From a virus: 64,000 bases of DNA. A program made the translations under genes and the position numbers. Below, piece after piece: positions 19,801 through 29,484 of this stretch. How positions within the stretch are numbered: the stretch's first letter is position 1; every line of letters starts with the position of its first letter. A model generated the notes under the pieces. It worked only from the letters and a program-made list of their open reading frames with translations. It did not search any database and was not told the origin of the DNA. The stretch spans positions 7,933-71,932 of the IMG/VR virus record IMGVR_UViG_3300031963_000094; one strand, given 5' to 3'.

Positions 19801-22348
19801 ACTCAGACCGAAGTTTGAAAGTAATGGCACATCTTTAGCTATTTCAAGTAACACACTATCGACAACTGGTAATCTTATAACATTAACTTACACTTCTGTA
19901 CCATATATTACACAAAATATAGCGTCAGAAACAGTAAACGTTAACCCATTTAATGTGATTGGTTTTATTGGTTATGTGAAACTCGAAAAATCTTCTGCAA
20001 GTTGGGCAGACTTTTCAACGAGACCGGATGTTGTTATCAATAGAGATAATGGTTTAGATAATTTTGTTTACTCAAATAATTTTCCCGGATCAAAATGGAA
20101 TGATTGGTCATTGTTTGGCTATGATGATGAAACAAATATTGTTTACACATATTATTCTTCATCCGGTCAACAACTTCAAACCACAACGGATTCTAGAGTA
20201 AAATCATCCGACAGTGGCATTATTGAAAATAAACTTTTGATTTATACCGCAAACACTGCGTTAGATTTTGAACTTTTTGGCATGAGACCTAATGTTAGAG
20301 TAATAGCATATTTGGATAACATTAATGTTACTGGTTACATGAGAAAATATGATTCCGCAAACTCGGTTTACACAACTGCGGAATTGACTACAGATAGTAA
20401 TGGATACGCAAAGGGTAAAATATATATTCCTAACGACGAATATTTTAAATTCACTGTCGGAGCAAATCATTTATTTTTCTGTGATAATCTTTTTAGTCCC
20501 CAAAATTCTTCAACATTTGCTGAAACCTTTTTTTACTCTGCCAATCCTAAAAAGAAAAAGAAGAAGAAAAAAAGACGCACTCCTAAAACTCCTGTTATAA
20601 CGGTTATTTTTGATCCAAATGATGATGTAACTGTTGAACTTCCGACTGATACTGATAACACTAAAATAAATACACAAACACAAAGTGTTTATGTTGATTC
20701 AGAATCACCAACATTTACTACTATGAATGCTATTGCCATAGGAGCCGCACAAGCAGGAGGAACAAGATATAATGGTTCAACTGATTTTCATAGTGCCGTA
20801 AAAGATGCGACCGGTCAAGCAACGTATACACCTGTAACATTAAATCAAGCAACAACCAATCTTACAAGTGTACGTACACTTCCAGCAGCTACATCTACTA
20901 GTCTTGGTGCAAGTGCTAGAGCAGATGATTATATCGGCGCTTTGTACAGAGAAGTTTTAGGTCGTCCACCCGATACAGATGGTTACAACTATTGGGCTTC
21001 TGTTGTTGCTGGTGGAGCGTCATTAGATTTTGTGGGCAAAGCCTTTGCGAATGCAGCGAATCAAAACTTAAATCAAGGTAAAGAAACACAAGTAAAGTGT
21101 GAAGTAAGTGATCCGATTGCTCAAACTTTTTTTGTAAATCGTTTAACAAATCCAGAAGGCATCTTTGTGTCTAGCATTGACATTTATTTTGCCACTAAAG
21201 ACAGTTCTGGTATACCGGTTACTTTAGAGTTGCGTCCTACGGTAAATGGGTTTCCACATTCCGATGAAATAATCGCTGAATCAGAGGTAACACTTAATCC
21301 TTCAAGTGTGAATTTGCCTACTAATCCAAACGTTCCTGTTGCAACAACATTTACATTTAGAACTCCAATATATTTGGAACCAGGCGAATATTCATTTGTA
21401 GTAAAAGCGAACTCTGACGAGTACACTGTTTATATTGGTACAATCGGACAACAAAGACTTGATGGAGTTGGGCCAATCGTTTCGCAACCATATATCGGAT
21501 CTTTCTTCAAGTCACAAAATGCTTCAACTTGGACACCAGATCAAAATAGTGATATTTGTTTCGTTATGAGGCACTGTAAATTTGCCGCAAATACAGTTCA
21601 ATCGGCAGTTTTAACTCCAGTTTCATTTGGATATGATCAAACTTATGATCTTGCAAGACTTAATGTTCCATTTGAAACTTTAGGTGTTTCTGCGAATGTT
21701 ACTTTTGAGCTGGCAACAAAAGCAAATTCTACAGGTGCAATGGGTAATTATCTTAATGTAATACCCAACTCGAATATCATTTTCAATGAAAGAAAGATTA
21801 TTAATACTTCTTCTGATGCGAATGTCAGAATTAGAATGATCACTTTGAACGAAGATATTTCACCTTATGTTGATGTTTCTGGTTCGAATTATACTGTTGT
21901 GAAAAACTTAGTAGATAGTCCAGCAGCAGCAAATGTGACTTCGTACCCAGAAACTTTAGCATCTGGTGGTGGTGCTTTGTCTAAGTATATTGTAAGAAAA
22001 GTTACTTTGAGTGATGGCTTCGATGGATCAGCACTCAGAGTTTATCTACAACAAAACTTGCCACAGGGATCTTCAATTCAAGTTTATTATCGTGTGTTGT
22101 CGGCAACTGATTCCGACAAGATTGAGAATAAGTCTTGGACTTTAATGACACAGACTGGTGTTTCTTCAACCAATCAAAATGCCACCGAGTATTATGATTA
22201 TGAATATAAGGCTGATGCAATTAGTTATACGTCTGGTGGAGTAACATACACAAACTTTAAAACATTTGCGATTAAAGTTGTGCTTTATTCAACCAATCCC
22301 GCTAACGCTCCTTCGGCTAAAAACTTTAGGGCGATTGCACTGTCATGA
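16874..22348 (+). CDS. Large baseplate/virion structural protein (DUF4815 / VrlC-like)
   Basis: NFN.NPYYDDF...KNFHRILFRPG.AVQARELTQ.Q.ILQNQI..FG; APGADR; LARRTYDESG.Y; RYTMKDIG....R...EYYT.L..LE; DP.AQTF; G.FFKSQNA.TW. Confidence 0.85.
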   Translation: MALNFNTNPYYDDFDEDKNFHRILFRPGRAVQARELTQSQTILQNQIDRFGKHVFQEGSKVTGGETFDETVLSVKLQPTYSGNTINISGYNDYFAFSTTSNAVYKIKKAEAATSTDPNTLFLAFIKGSTVINGNANVTIANSETLRIYSTGDLSSSNIVGNVISSSTESSNTGRLFSVNEGIFFTNGCFVKTPKQTTVVSKYTNNANVTVGFDVTESIVASTSDTSLLDPAIGASNYIAPGADRYKIELTLTTKEITADESISDLTTSKYIELSRYRNGELVKQTQTSVYSVLGDTLARRTYDESGNYRVEGLNPKIPSEKFTPNSIFTFAISPGKAYVKGYEIETVGTTELLLTKSRATESVSGYDVPAYYGNYFYITTANGAVINFSTAEKLELHRNVGAFSASTKIAEAYPKNLEYVSGNGSTSTYKLHLFNIVKTSNTPIDLTRAIIAGNSTSVNATCNISNSSVITRTIAGTNYSYSNVINLASSTGVTVGMEVSGTNISFPTYVTAINGNDITVSGNPVGNNTLQSLTFRSAYLTDTNYDSSVFEASYDVIKQFSQVNYYTKRVFKSVSFVAGVASVQTNDGTERFANVSGANLQRHYAICIRTGGTGSFPNFTWVNLSAGSYISVPSPSVGSPATLNINLGDATFNGTADILTTLDITAATRRTKTLSQNDIKYFTVLDSANTFSLGYADVINVSAIYIATGSNTASNANVNVVGSFDIDLGQRDSFYDHSTIKLKNGATVNTGNTLVIFNRFTHSGTGYFDTLSYPTYDEIPAYTKTDGTVIDLRDSIDFRPIRTANASSNVYSNLSMSFASQQIVDSLIGSVDTDVEYYLRRNDKIVLTKNGTFKTLTGVSALTNPPIPNNEEDSMTLYTLSIDPYTYTASNVKIQVENNKRYTMKDIGSIDNRLTRVEYYTALNLLEKDIASTVYYDDQDNQLFNNGFVVDSFKGHSIGDVFNPDYSCSIDYDNEILRPKFESNGTSLAISSNTLSTTGNLITLTYTSVPYITQNIASETVNVNPFNVIGFIGYVKLEKSSASWADFSTRPDVVINRDNGLDNFVYSNNFPGSKWNDWSLFGYDDETNIVYTYYSSSGQQLQTTTDSRVKSSDSGIIENKLLIYTANTALDFELFGMRPNVRVIAYLDNINVTGYMRKYDSANSVYTTAELTTDSNGYAKGKIYIPNDEYFKFTVGANHLFFCDNLFSPQNSSTFAETFFYSANPKKKKKKKKRRTPKTPVITVIFDPNDDVTVELPTDTDNTKINTQTQSVYVDSESPTFTTMNAIAIGAAQAGGTRYNGSTDFHSAVKDATGQATYTPVTLNQATTNLTSVRTLPAATSTSLGASARADDYIGALYREVLGRPPDTDGYNYWASVVAGGASLDFVGKAFANAANQNLNQGKETQVKCEVSDPIAQTFFVNRLTNPEGIFVSSIDIYFATKDSSGIPVTLELRPTVNGFPHSDEIIAESEVTLNPSSVNLPTNPNVPVATTFTFRTPIYLEPGEYSFVVKANSDEYTVYIGTIGQQRLDGVGPIVSQPYIGSFFKSQNASTWTPDQNSDICFVMRHCKFAANTVQSAVLTPVSFGYDQTYDLARLNVPFETLGVSANVTFELATKANSTGAMGNYLNVIPNSNIIFNERKIINTSSDANVRIRMITLNEDISPYVDVSGSNYTVVKNLVDSPAAANVTSYPETLASGGGALSKYIVRKVTLSDGFDGSALRVYLQQNLPQGSSIQVYYRVLSATDSDKIENKSWTLMTQTGVSSTNQNATEYYDYEYKADAISYTSGGVTYTNFKTFAIKVVLYSTNPANAPSAKNFRAIALS

Positions 22349-22554
22349 TGTATAAAGTAAAAGATCATAATAATCTGAGAAGAGATCCCAAAAATCAAGC
22401 GATAATAAATGTCGATAGGGAAAAGTTGTCTGAACACAGAAACAAGACAAAAATAAAAGAAAATATCGAACATATAAATGAAGAAATCGCTTCTTTGAAA
22501 AGTGATTTTCAAGAGATCAAATTTTTGTTGCAACAAATTGCAAATAGAGGATAG
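22345..22554 (+). CDS. Small conserved coiled-coil protein following DUF4815 gene
   Basis: KV....NL.RD....AIIN.D.......  ...EI..LK.D..EIK.LL pattern; ATGA overlap with the upstream gene. Confidence 0.7.
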   Translation: MMYKVKDHNNLRRDPKNQAIINVDREKLSEHRNKTKIKENIEHINEEIASLKSDFQEIKFLLQQIANRG

Positions 22555-22556
22555 AA

Positions 22557-22820
22557 ATGCCAGCAAATATTAATCAGGTAACAACTGCGAATACCTTTCA
22601 GCAATGGCTTATAGCAACTGAAGATTTAATTGCCGTTGCGAACAATCTAACGAACGGCGTTGGTGGCACATTCTACGCAAACACCGATTTCACTGTCGGT
22701 GGTGATCTAGCCGTTACTGGTAACGTTGTTGGTAATGTAAGTTTTACTGGAACAATTTCTGGTTCAGGTATAAGTGATATTGAAGGAAGAGCATTAGCGT
22801 TTGCGATTGCCTTAGGATAA
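22557..22820 (+). CDS. Short fibre-anchor protein with C-terminal ALAFAIALG tag
   Basis: N-terminal V...NTF.QW....N fibre-attachment-like motif; hydrophobic C-terminus. Confidence 0.6.
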   Translation: MPANINQVTTANTFQQWLIATEDLIAVANNLTNGVGGTFYANTDFTVGGDLAVTGNVVGNVSFTGTISGSGISDIEGRALAFAIALG

Positions 22821-22828
22821 GATAAATA
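22821..22828 (+). promoter_or_regulatory. Late promoter GATAAATA
   Basis: Intergenic TAAATA core upstream of SD (GAGGA) and ATG 22858. Confidence 0.6.
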
Positions 22829-22857
22829 GATTCAAACTGTAAAATTAGAGGATTTTG

Positions 22858-23190
22858 ATGGCCAATACTTTTAAAAATCAAACACTCAAAGCTGCTGGAA
22901 CTACGGCACAAAATGTCTATTCGGCTGGTGCTGGAGTACAAGCAACTGTGATTGGCATGACAATTGCTAACATCACGAACTCACCAATCTCAGCAAATGT
23001 CATTCTGAGTGGCGGCAACATTACCAATAATGTTTATCTTGTCAAAGATGCGACAATTGCTCCTGGTGGTGCTTTAGTTCCTATTGGTGGTGATCAAAAA
23101 ATGGTGCTTGAAGCGGGTGATTATTTACAAGTCAACACATCAATTGCTTCATCTGGCGATGTTATCGTTTCAGTTCTGGAGATTACGTAA
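22858..23190 (+). CDS. Small beta-sandwich virion adaptor protein 1 (MANTFK type)
   Basis: ~110 aa; VY......ATVIG.TIAN...V.V...YLVKD..I..G.....K.VLE.GD.L.V...S.LEI; paralogous to 23721 and 29101. Confidence 0.65.
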   Translation: MANTFKNQTLKAAGTTAQNVYSAGAGVQATVIGMTIANITNSPISANVILSGGNITNNVYLVKDATIAPGGALVPIGGDQKMVLEAGDYLQVNTSIASSGDVIVSVLEIT

Positions 23191-23708
23191 TGTCATATAT
23201 TGGCAATAGCCCTGAAGTAAATTTCTTTACGGCTAAAGTAGATAAGTTTAGTGGTACCGGTGCTTGTACTCAATTTACTTTGTCAAGAACTCTTGATGAT
23301 GCCAATGCTATTATCGTTGTTGTCAATAGTGTGTTACAAACACCAATTGCTTCGTATAATGTTTCATCGGGTGTTGTAACATTCACTGAAGCGCCATCAT
23401 TAGGCACCGAAAATATTTTGGTGAATTATACGTCACCAATTACATTGACATTTAATCAAGTTACTCAAAGTCAAATTCAAGCGGGCGCTGTCGGTGTAAC
23501 ACAACTTGCAGCAAATTCTGTCACTAGTGATAAGATTGCACCAGGCACTATTGTAGCAACAGATGTCGCTGATGGCAGCATCACAACGCTCAAAATAGCG
23601 ACTGGCGCAATTACAGGCAATTTAGTCGCAAACAACGCAATCTCAGGCAACAATATCGTATCACCTCCAGACATTTTCGATGATGCATTTTTGTTTGGTG
23701 GAATGTAA
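23190..23708 (+). CDS. Short fibre/linker protein A (MSYIGN N-terminus, decapeptide repeats, C-terminal DDAFLFGGM)
   Basis: F.G.G...F.L...V.VN.V.Q.P...Y......FTEAP..G..NI.V domain followed by IAxGxITxxx repeats. Confidence 0.65.
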   Translation: MSYIGNSPEVNFFTAKVDKFSGTGACTQFTLSRTLDDANAIIVVVNSVLQTPIASYNVSSGVVTFTEAPSLGTENILVNYTSPITLTFNQVTQSQIQAGAVGVTQLAANSVTSDKIAPGTIVATDVADGSITTLKIATGAITGNLVANNAISGNNIVSPPDIFDDAFLFGGM

Positions 23709-23720
23709 AAGGAAAAATAA

Positions 23721-24059
23721 ATGGCAAGAGCATACAAAATATTAGGACAAAGAAATCCTTCAGCTAATGTGTTGACTACACTGTACACGGTTCCTTCTGG
23801 AAATTCTGCGATTATTTCGTCTATCACTATCGCAAATCTTGATGAAGCAGCAGGTGTTGGTGCGGCATTTAGGGTGGCAGTGAATACTTCAAGTGCTGCT
23901 GTATCGAACGTTAGCTATTTGGCATATGGCGTCAATGTTCCTGGTAGAGATACGATAACACTCTCACTAGGCGTAACACTCAATGCTGGTTCAATTGTAT
24001 CAGTCAATGCGAATAGTTCTTTGTTGGCGTTTTCTGCATTTGGTACTGAAGTCTACTGA
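23721..24059 (+). CDS. Small beta-sandwich virion adaptor protein 2 (YKILGQ type)
   Basis: YKILGQ..P.A...TTLYTVP....A.ISS.TIAN...FRVA...Y.AY...V......L.LG.TL......V......FSAFG.E. Confidence 0.65.
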   Translation: MARAYKILGQRNPSANVLTTLYTVPSGNSAIISSITIANLDEAAGVGAAFRVAVNTSSAAVSNVSYLAYGVNVPGRDTITLSLGVTLNAGSIVSVNANSSLLAFSAFGTEVY

Positions 24060-24061
24060 GA

Positions 24062-27000
24062 ATGAGTCTAAAAAGATTTGGCCTGACTGGCAGTCTAAAC
24101 AATCAGCCAAGAGTTGCGGCAAGAAAGTTTAGTTCAAATAGAATAAGCCTCAGACGGTTTCCTTTTGCAACGACACCAGGTGTCGTAACCACGGCTGTTT
24201 ATGTTGAAGATGTATTTTCGACGTATCTGTATACAGGCAATGGTACCACGCAGACGATCTCAAATGGAATCGACATGTCTGGCAGTATATATGGTGGATA
24301 TGTTGAGTTTGACGGTGTAGATGATGCTTTAATAACAACAATGCCTGCTCTCAGCGGAGATTTTACCGTTGAATTTTTCTTTTTTCCCACAGATTTCAAC
24401 CGTGCGTATATAATCTTAGACAAGTCTTTTAGAGATACCAATTTTTCTATAGTTACAGATTATCTAAACACGGGAGCATTTTATGTTCAAGTTGGGGGAT
24501 ATGGGCAAATCAACTTTTCATTTAATCCCCCAATAGTTAATCAATGGAGCCATGTTGCGCTTTGTAGAAGCGGTTCCACTGTTCGCATGTTTCTTAATGG
24601 CACACTACTTAGTGGCACAACAGCTGGTGTAACTGGAGCAATCACAACAGGCACTCTTTATATTGGTGCTGGTAGCAGTGCCGGTTCTGGCTACGAATTT
24701 ACACAAGGGTATATTTCAAATCTTAGAATCACAAACACTGCATTATATACATCGAACTTTACTAGGCCGTCTAGCCCACTAGAGGCAGTTTCGGGCACAC
24801 AATTACTCACTTGTAAAGCTCCAAGTCTTACAACGGACCTATCGCCAAACGCATACTCTATTACAATTTCTGGTGCGCCAATTTCTCGAACAGAGGGTGG
24901 TGTATTTAATGATACCTCCAAAGGAGGTCTAGTTTGGATCAAAGGTCGTTCTCAAGTAGTAGGCCATCGTCTTGTAGATACGGCAAGAGGTGTAACCAAA
25001 TCTTTAGATTCTAGCACCGGTGCTTTTGAGGCGTCTGAATTGTCAGGAGTTACCGCTTTTAGCAATACAGGATTTTCTTTAAGTGATGATGTAGATTATA
25101 ACAATAACGCAAGTCTCTATGCCTCATGGACATTCCGTAGACAAGCCAAGTTCTTTGATGTGGTGACTTATACGGGTAATGGTGTTGCTAGTCGTCAGAT
25201 TTCTCACAATCTTGGTTCAGTGCCAGGATGTATTTTCATCAAATGCACTAGTGTGGGATACAACTGGTATGTGTATCATCGATCAACGGGCAGTAATCAG
25301 GTATTAATTCTTAACTCAACTCTTGCGGCAGCAAGTAGCAGTGCTTGGAATAACACAACGCCTACAGATACGGTGTTTACCGTAGATGGACTTACTCCTG
25401 AAGTTAATGAAAACGGTGCAACCTATGTTGCATATCTATTCGCTCACGACGCTGGTGGCTTTGGTCTAAGTGGTTCGGACAATATAATTAGTTGTGGAAG
25501 TTATATTGGAAATGGTAGCACAACGGGTCCGACTATAAATCTTGGGTATGAACCTGCATTTTTGTTAATAAAAGATTCTACCGCATCCAATGATTGGTGC
25601 TTACATGACGGTGTAAGGGGTATCACAAATACTCCTGGTTCTAATCAAACACCTCAAATTTATCCTAATTTGAATGTTGTAGAAAATTTAAATACAAGAA
25701 TAGCTTTACTTGCAAATGGATTTCAAATAATTGATGATGGTGGAAAAATAAACACGCTTAACTCCACGTTCATCTACATCGCCATCCGTCGTGGTCCAAT
25801 GGAAACACCAACAAGTGGTACTGAGGTGTTTCAACCAATCGTTTATACAGGCACTAACGTTGATAATCGTAAAGTGACAACTAATATTCTAACTGACATG
25901 ATCATGGCTCGTCAGCGAAATTCAACTTCATTTGGTGGAATGCTTGTTGGTGATAGATTGAGAGGTAATCAATACTTAGCTACTGGTACTACCGCAGCAG
26001 GAGTTACTGACGCAGATTCTTTGATGACACCTACATCTGGATATGGTACTTCTTTCTCTGCAATGGATGGATTTGGTGTGGGAAATGATGCGACTTCTCA
26101 GTTAAATTTGAGTGTTGTTTCGAACAATCAAATAGTTGAAGCGTTCAGACGGGCTCCTGGATTTCTTGATATTGTTACATACACAGGTACCGGTACCGCT
26201 AGAACAGTCAGTCATAATTTGGGTGTAGTGCCAAAAATGATTTGGGTCAAAAAAACTGCTGGAGGCACCGATGCTTGGGCTGTATATACATCAGCTTTAG
26301 GACCAAATTTATCTTTACAATTAGATGATGGGGGAGCTTATTCTACTCTTGCTACCTTTTGGAATGATACGGCACCAACTTCTTCTTCGTTTACGGTAGG
26401 CACAAATGGTAGTGTTAATGCTTCCGGTCATTCATTTGTTGCATATCTTTTTGGTGATGTTCCGAGTGTTTCAAAATGTTCATATTATGTTGGTAAAGGA
26501 GTAGGAACTTCACAACAAATAGATTGTGGATTTACTGCTGGAGCAAGATTAGTTCTAATAAAATCTACTGAAAGTGCCGGTGACTGGTACTTATATGATT
26601 CGTCTAGAGGTATATTGTCGGGCAATGATCCCTATTTTTCAATAGAGACCACTAACACAGAAAATACATCAACAGATTACATTGATCCTTATTCAGCAGG
26701 CTTTGAAATATCATCAACAGCACCAGCAGATATGAACAGCGGTTATGGAGAATTTTACGCCAGCTACCCTGTTGGTGGCACTGCTGTCGAAGGAGCCATT
26801 TTTCACAATAATCAATTTGTGGTTGTGGATAGCAGTGGGCAAGTTAATTTTTCACCAGACGGTATAAGGTGGACAACATATTCTACTACTTCTGGCACTC
26901 TTCGTGGCATTACTTTTGGAAATGAACTATATGTTGCGTGTGGTACCAATGGTGACATAACTACTTCATCGAATGGTACTTCTTGGTCATCAAGAACCAG

Positions 27001-27577
27001 CGGTACAGCAAGTAATTTGCTTTCTTGTGAGTTTGCTTTTGGAAAATATTGGGCATGTGGAGCCTCTGGTACACTTTTGAGTTCTTCAGATGGTATAAAT
27101 TGGTCTTCTGTATCGACAGGTACAACAGTCAGTCTTAACAGAATTAAATATTTGAATGGTGTACTTTTTATTGTGGGTTCCAGTTCTAGACTACTTCAAT
27201 CATCTGATGGAATCAATTTTACACTAACAGATTTGGGACTAGGAAATATTGCTCTTAGAGATATAGTTTATGGTAAAAATTTGTATGTTATCGGCGGTGA
27301 CAGTCAAACATTGCTTACATCTCCAGACGGCACCACATGGACCTCAAGAACAATAGGTCGTAGTCCACAAGCATTAGTTTTTACTGGGAATAGATTTTTG
27401 GCTGGAGGTGGTTCCGGAAACACTGCTTATTCAGATGATGGTATCACTTGGACAAATGGTCCAACAATTACTGCCGTTACATTTAACACAGCGGCATTTG
27501 GTAATGACATCGCCATATTATTTAACTCACAGTCTTGTATTTCTTCTCCCAGATACATATATTGGGCTATAGCATAA
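24062..27577 (+). CDS. Putative receptor-binding fibre protein: YTGNG-repeat scaffold with inserted LamG/ConA-like domain and BNR-like beta-propeller
   Basis: Repeated YTGNG / HNLG.VP / W.VYH / YVAYLF motifs; DFTVEFF...NQWSHVALCRSG...MFLNG...GYISNLRI LamG signature; repeated S.DG.TWT motifs. Confidence 0.8.
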   Translation: MSLKRFGLTGSLNNQPRVAARKFSSNRISLRRFPFATTPGVVTTAVYVEDVFSTYLYTGNGTTQTISNGIDMSGSIYGGYVEFDGVDDALITTMPALSGDFTVEFFFFPTDFNRAYIILDKSFRDTNFSIVTDYLNTGAFYVQVGGYGQINFSFNPPIVNQWSHVALCRSGSTVRMFLNGTLLSGTTAGVTGAITTGTLYIGAGSSAGSGYEFTQGYISNLRITNTALYTSNFTRPSSPLEAVSGTQLLTCKAPSLTTDLSPNAYSITISGAPISRTEGGVFNDTSKGGLVWIKGRSQVVGHRLVDTARGVTKSLDSSTGAFEASELSGVTAFSNTGFSLSDDVDYNNNASLYASWTFRRQAKFFDVVTYTGNGVASRQISHNLGSVPGCIFIKCTSVGYNWYVYHRSTGSNQVLILNSTLAAASSSAWNNTTPTDTVFTVDGLTPEVNENGATYVAYLFAHDAGGFGLSGSDNIISCGSYIGNGSTTGPTINLGYEPAFLLIKDSTASNDWCLHDGVRGITNTPGSNQTPQIYPNLNVVENLNTRIALLANGFQIIDDGGKINTLNSTFIYIAIRRGPMETPTSGTEVFQPIVYTGTNVDNRKVTTNILTDMIMARQRNSTSFGGMLVGDRLRGNQYLATGTTAAGVTDADSLMTPTSGYGTSFSAMDGFGVGNDATSQLNLSVVSNNQIVEAFRRAPGFLDIVTYTGTGTARTVSHNLGVVPKMIWVKKTAGGTDAWAVYTSALGPNLSLQLDDGGAYSTLATFWNDTAPTSSSFTVGTNGSVNASGHSFVAYLFGDVPSVSKCSYYVGKGVGTSQQIDCGFTAGARLVLIKSTESAGDWYLYDSSRGILSGNDPYFSIETTNTENTSTDYIDPYSAGFEISSTAPADMNSGYGEFYASYPVGGTAVEGAIFHNNQFVVVDSSGQVNFSPDGIRWTTYSTTSGTLRGITFGNELYVACGTNGDITTSSNGTSWSSRTSGTASNLLSCEFAFGKYWACGASGTLLSSSDGINWSSVSTGTTVSLNRIKYLNGVLFIVGSSSRLLQSSDGINFTLTDLGLGNIALRDIVYGKNLYVIGGDSQTLLTSPDGTTWTSRTIGRSPQALVFTGNRFLAGGGSGNTAYSDDGITWTNGPTITAVTFNTAAFGNDIAILFNSQSCISSPRYIYWAIA

Positions 27578-27596
27578 AAATAAAAAAAGGAAAAAA

Positions 27597-28055
27597 ATGG
27601 GTTACAGATTACAATCAACCGGTGAATATTTTCCAACAGACAATGCTCTGCGTAATATGATACCGTCAACTCCAGCACCAGTAACAACTGAGTGGATGGA
27701 AGCAAACGGTGTTGACCCCGTATTTGAGGGTCCACAAGCAACTGGTGGCACGATGTATCAATACAGTCAGTTTGGTGGTATTGAACAAATTGACGGAAAA
27801 TGGTATACTAAGTATGTGTTAGGACCAATTTTTAGTGACAGTCAACAAGAAGATGCATATAAATTAATAAGAGATGCTGAACAGAGTGAAGCCGTTCGCC
27901 GCACACGCAATCAAAGATTGACAGAATCCGATTGGACACAACTGGAAGATTCACCGGCGGATAAAGCAGCATGGGCAACGTATCGTCAAGCACTTCGTGA
28001 TATGTCGTCACAAGAGGGTTTTCCTTGGAATATACAGTGGCCTGAAAAACCATAA
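27597..28055 (+). CDS. Tail fibre assembly chaperone (Phage_tail_APC-like)
   Basis: C-terminal VR..RN.RL..SDWTQL.DSP..K.AWA.YRQALRD...Q.GFP..I.WP.KP. Confidence 0.85.
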   Translation: MGYRLQSTGEYFPTDNALRNMIPSTPAPVTTEWMEANGVDPVFEGPQATGGTMYQYSQFGGIEQIDGKWYTKYVLGPIFSDSQQEDAYKLIRDAEQSEAVRRTRNQRLTESDWTQLEDSPADKAAWATYRQALRDMSSQEGFPWNIQWPEKP

Positions 28056-28085
28056 TATATAAAATTATAAATGAAGGGTGATTGA

Positions 28086-28505
28086 ATGAATAACGAAGAG
28101 ATTTATTATTCGCAGTTTTTAATTAATCACGGTCAAGGTAAACTTGATTGTAATTATAAAACAGCCGCACGTGCGCTTAGACCAACAGCGCAGTACGGTT
28201 TATCCGAACAAGATGGTGAGTTCGTTTTTGGTGAGTATCAGGATGAAAGTGGTTTACCACCACCAACAAAAGAAGAAATACTGAATGAACTAGAGTTTCA
28301 AGAAAGATTTTGTGCGTATTGGCAACACTTTTATGATCGATATCAGGCATATCCTGACATTACTGTGCTGTTCAATTTGTTATATGAGGCAATAGACAAA
28401 AATCAGATTCCAGGAAAAGAATCAGATTTTTATAAAACAATTAAAATAGTAAACGAACAATATCCTTGTCCTGATGATGAGCCGCCTTCAAGAACGAATA
28501 AATAG
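28086..28505 (+). CDS. Fibre-associated protein (XkdW-like), paralog of 31481
   Basis: A..ALRP.A........D....PPPT.EEI motif and R..AYP.I. Confidence 0.55.
   Translation: MNNEEIYYSQFLINHGQGKLDCNYKTAARALRPTAQYGLSEQDGEFVFGEYQDESGLPPPTKEEILNELEFQERFCAYWQHFYDRYQAYPDITVLFNLLYEAIDKNQIPGKESDFYKTIKIVNEQYPCPDDEPPSRTNK
28497..28504 (+). promoter_or_regulatory. Late promoter AATAAATA heading fibre cassette B
   Basis: TAAATA core followed by SD AAGGA and ATG 28525. Confidence 0.55.
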
Positions 28506-28524
28506 AGTAAAATTAAGGATTTAA

Positions 28525-29097
28525 ATGTCTTATATTGGCAATCAAGTTACGTCAGTACCGCATATAGTTGATTTATTCAACGGCGATGGTAGCAGCACTA
28601 TTTTTGGTGTTCTTACCAGGGCACCTGCTGGGACAGCAGCCGTTGTTGTTTTTGTTAACGGTTCTTACAAAATTCCAGGTATTGATTATACTCTAAGTGG
28701 TGATATCATTACGTTTACTACTGCTCCTTCAGTAGGCACAAACAATATTGCTGTTCATCATATTGGTAATGGCACAACAACACAAGTACCATCAGACGGT
28801 TCTGTAACTGGTAATAAACTTGCAGCTACATCAGTTTCAGGTAATAATCTTACTCAAAACTCTATTCGTGGCAATAACATTGTTGCTGGTACAATTACTG
28901 GTAATCTGATTGCCGCAGAAACCATTACTGGTGATGATTTAGCACCAAATAGTGTTCGTGGAAACAACATTGTTGCCGGTACAATTACTGGTAATCTAAT
29001 CGCAGACGGCACTATATCAGATAGCAACTTTTCAGCATCAGCAAATACAAAAATCCTAAGTTCAGGATTTGTAGGATCAATTATTTTTGGAGCATAA
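28525..29097 (+). CDS. Short fibre/linker protein B (MSYIGN N-terminus, decapeptide repeats, C-terminal GSIIFGA)
   Basis: Paralog of 23190..23708; RGNNIVAGTITGNLIA repeats. Confidence 0.65.
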   Translation: MSYIGNQVTSVPHIVDLFNGDGSSTIFGVLTRAPAGTAAVVVFVNGSYKIPGIDYTLSGDIITFTTAPSVGTNNIAVHHIGNGTTTQVPSDGSVTGNKLAATSVSGNNLTQNSIRGNNIVAGTITGNLIAAETITGDDLAPNSVRGNNIVAGTITGNLIADGTISDSNFSASANTKILSSGFVGSIIFGA

Positions 29098-29100
29098 TAA

Positions 29101-29484
29101 ATGGCCGCACCTAATATTGTAAACGTAACTTCTATTATACCGCATACGGTGACACTCACGCCTGCGAATACAGCACGACAGGGATTGGTTGCTGCGCCGG
29201 CGACTAATGCTACTCATAAAGTAAACACGGTCATGATAGCAAATTTGGATCCAGCCACTTCATATGCTGCTACCATAGAACTACGCCTTGCTGATGGAAC
29301 TACGTTTCGTTCGATTGGTAACACGGTTTCTGTTCCACCGAACTCAACGTTGGTTTTGTTAGACAAATCAACATCATTTTATTTGTTGGATACCACTGTT
29401 ACGGGCGAAGCAAGCATGTTGTGGGTTCAGAGTAACTCAGCAAGTAATTTGACATTCACTTGTTCATACGAAACAATCAGCTAA
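29101..29484 (+). CDS. Small beta-sandwich virion adaptor protein 3 (MAAPNIVNV type)
   Basis: MAAPNIVNV..I...KVN...IAN.D...TVSVP..STLV..DK....YL...SYE.IS. Confidence 0.65.
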   Translation: MAAPNIVNVTSIIPHTVTLTPANTARQGLVAAPATNATHKVNTVMIANLDPATSYAATIELRLADGTTFRSIGNTVSVPPNSTLVLLDKSTSFYLLDTTVTGEASMLWVQSNSASNLTFTCSYETIS

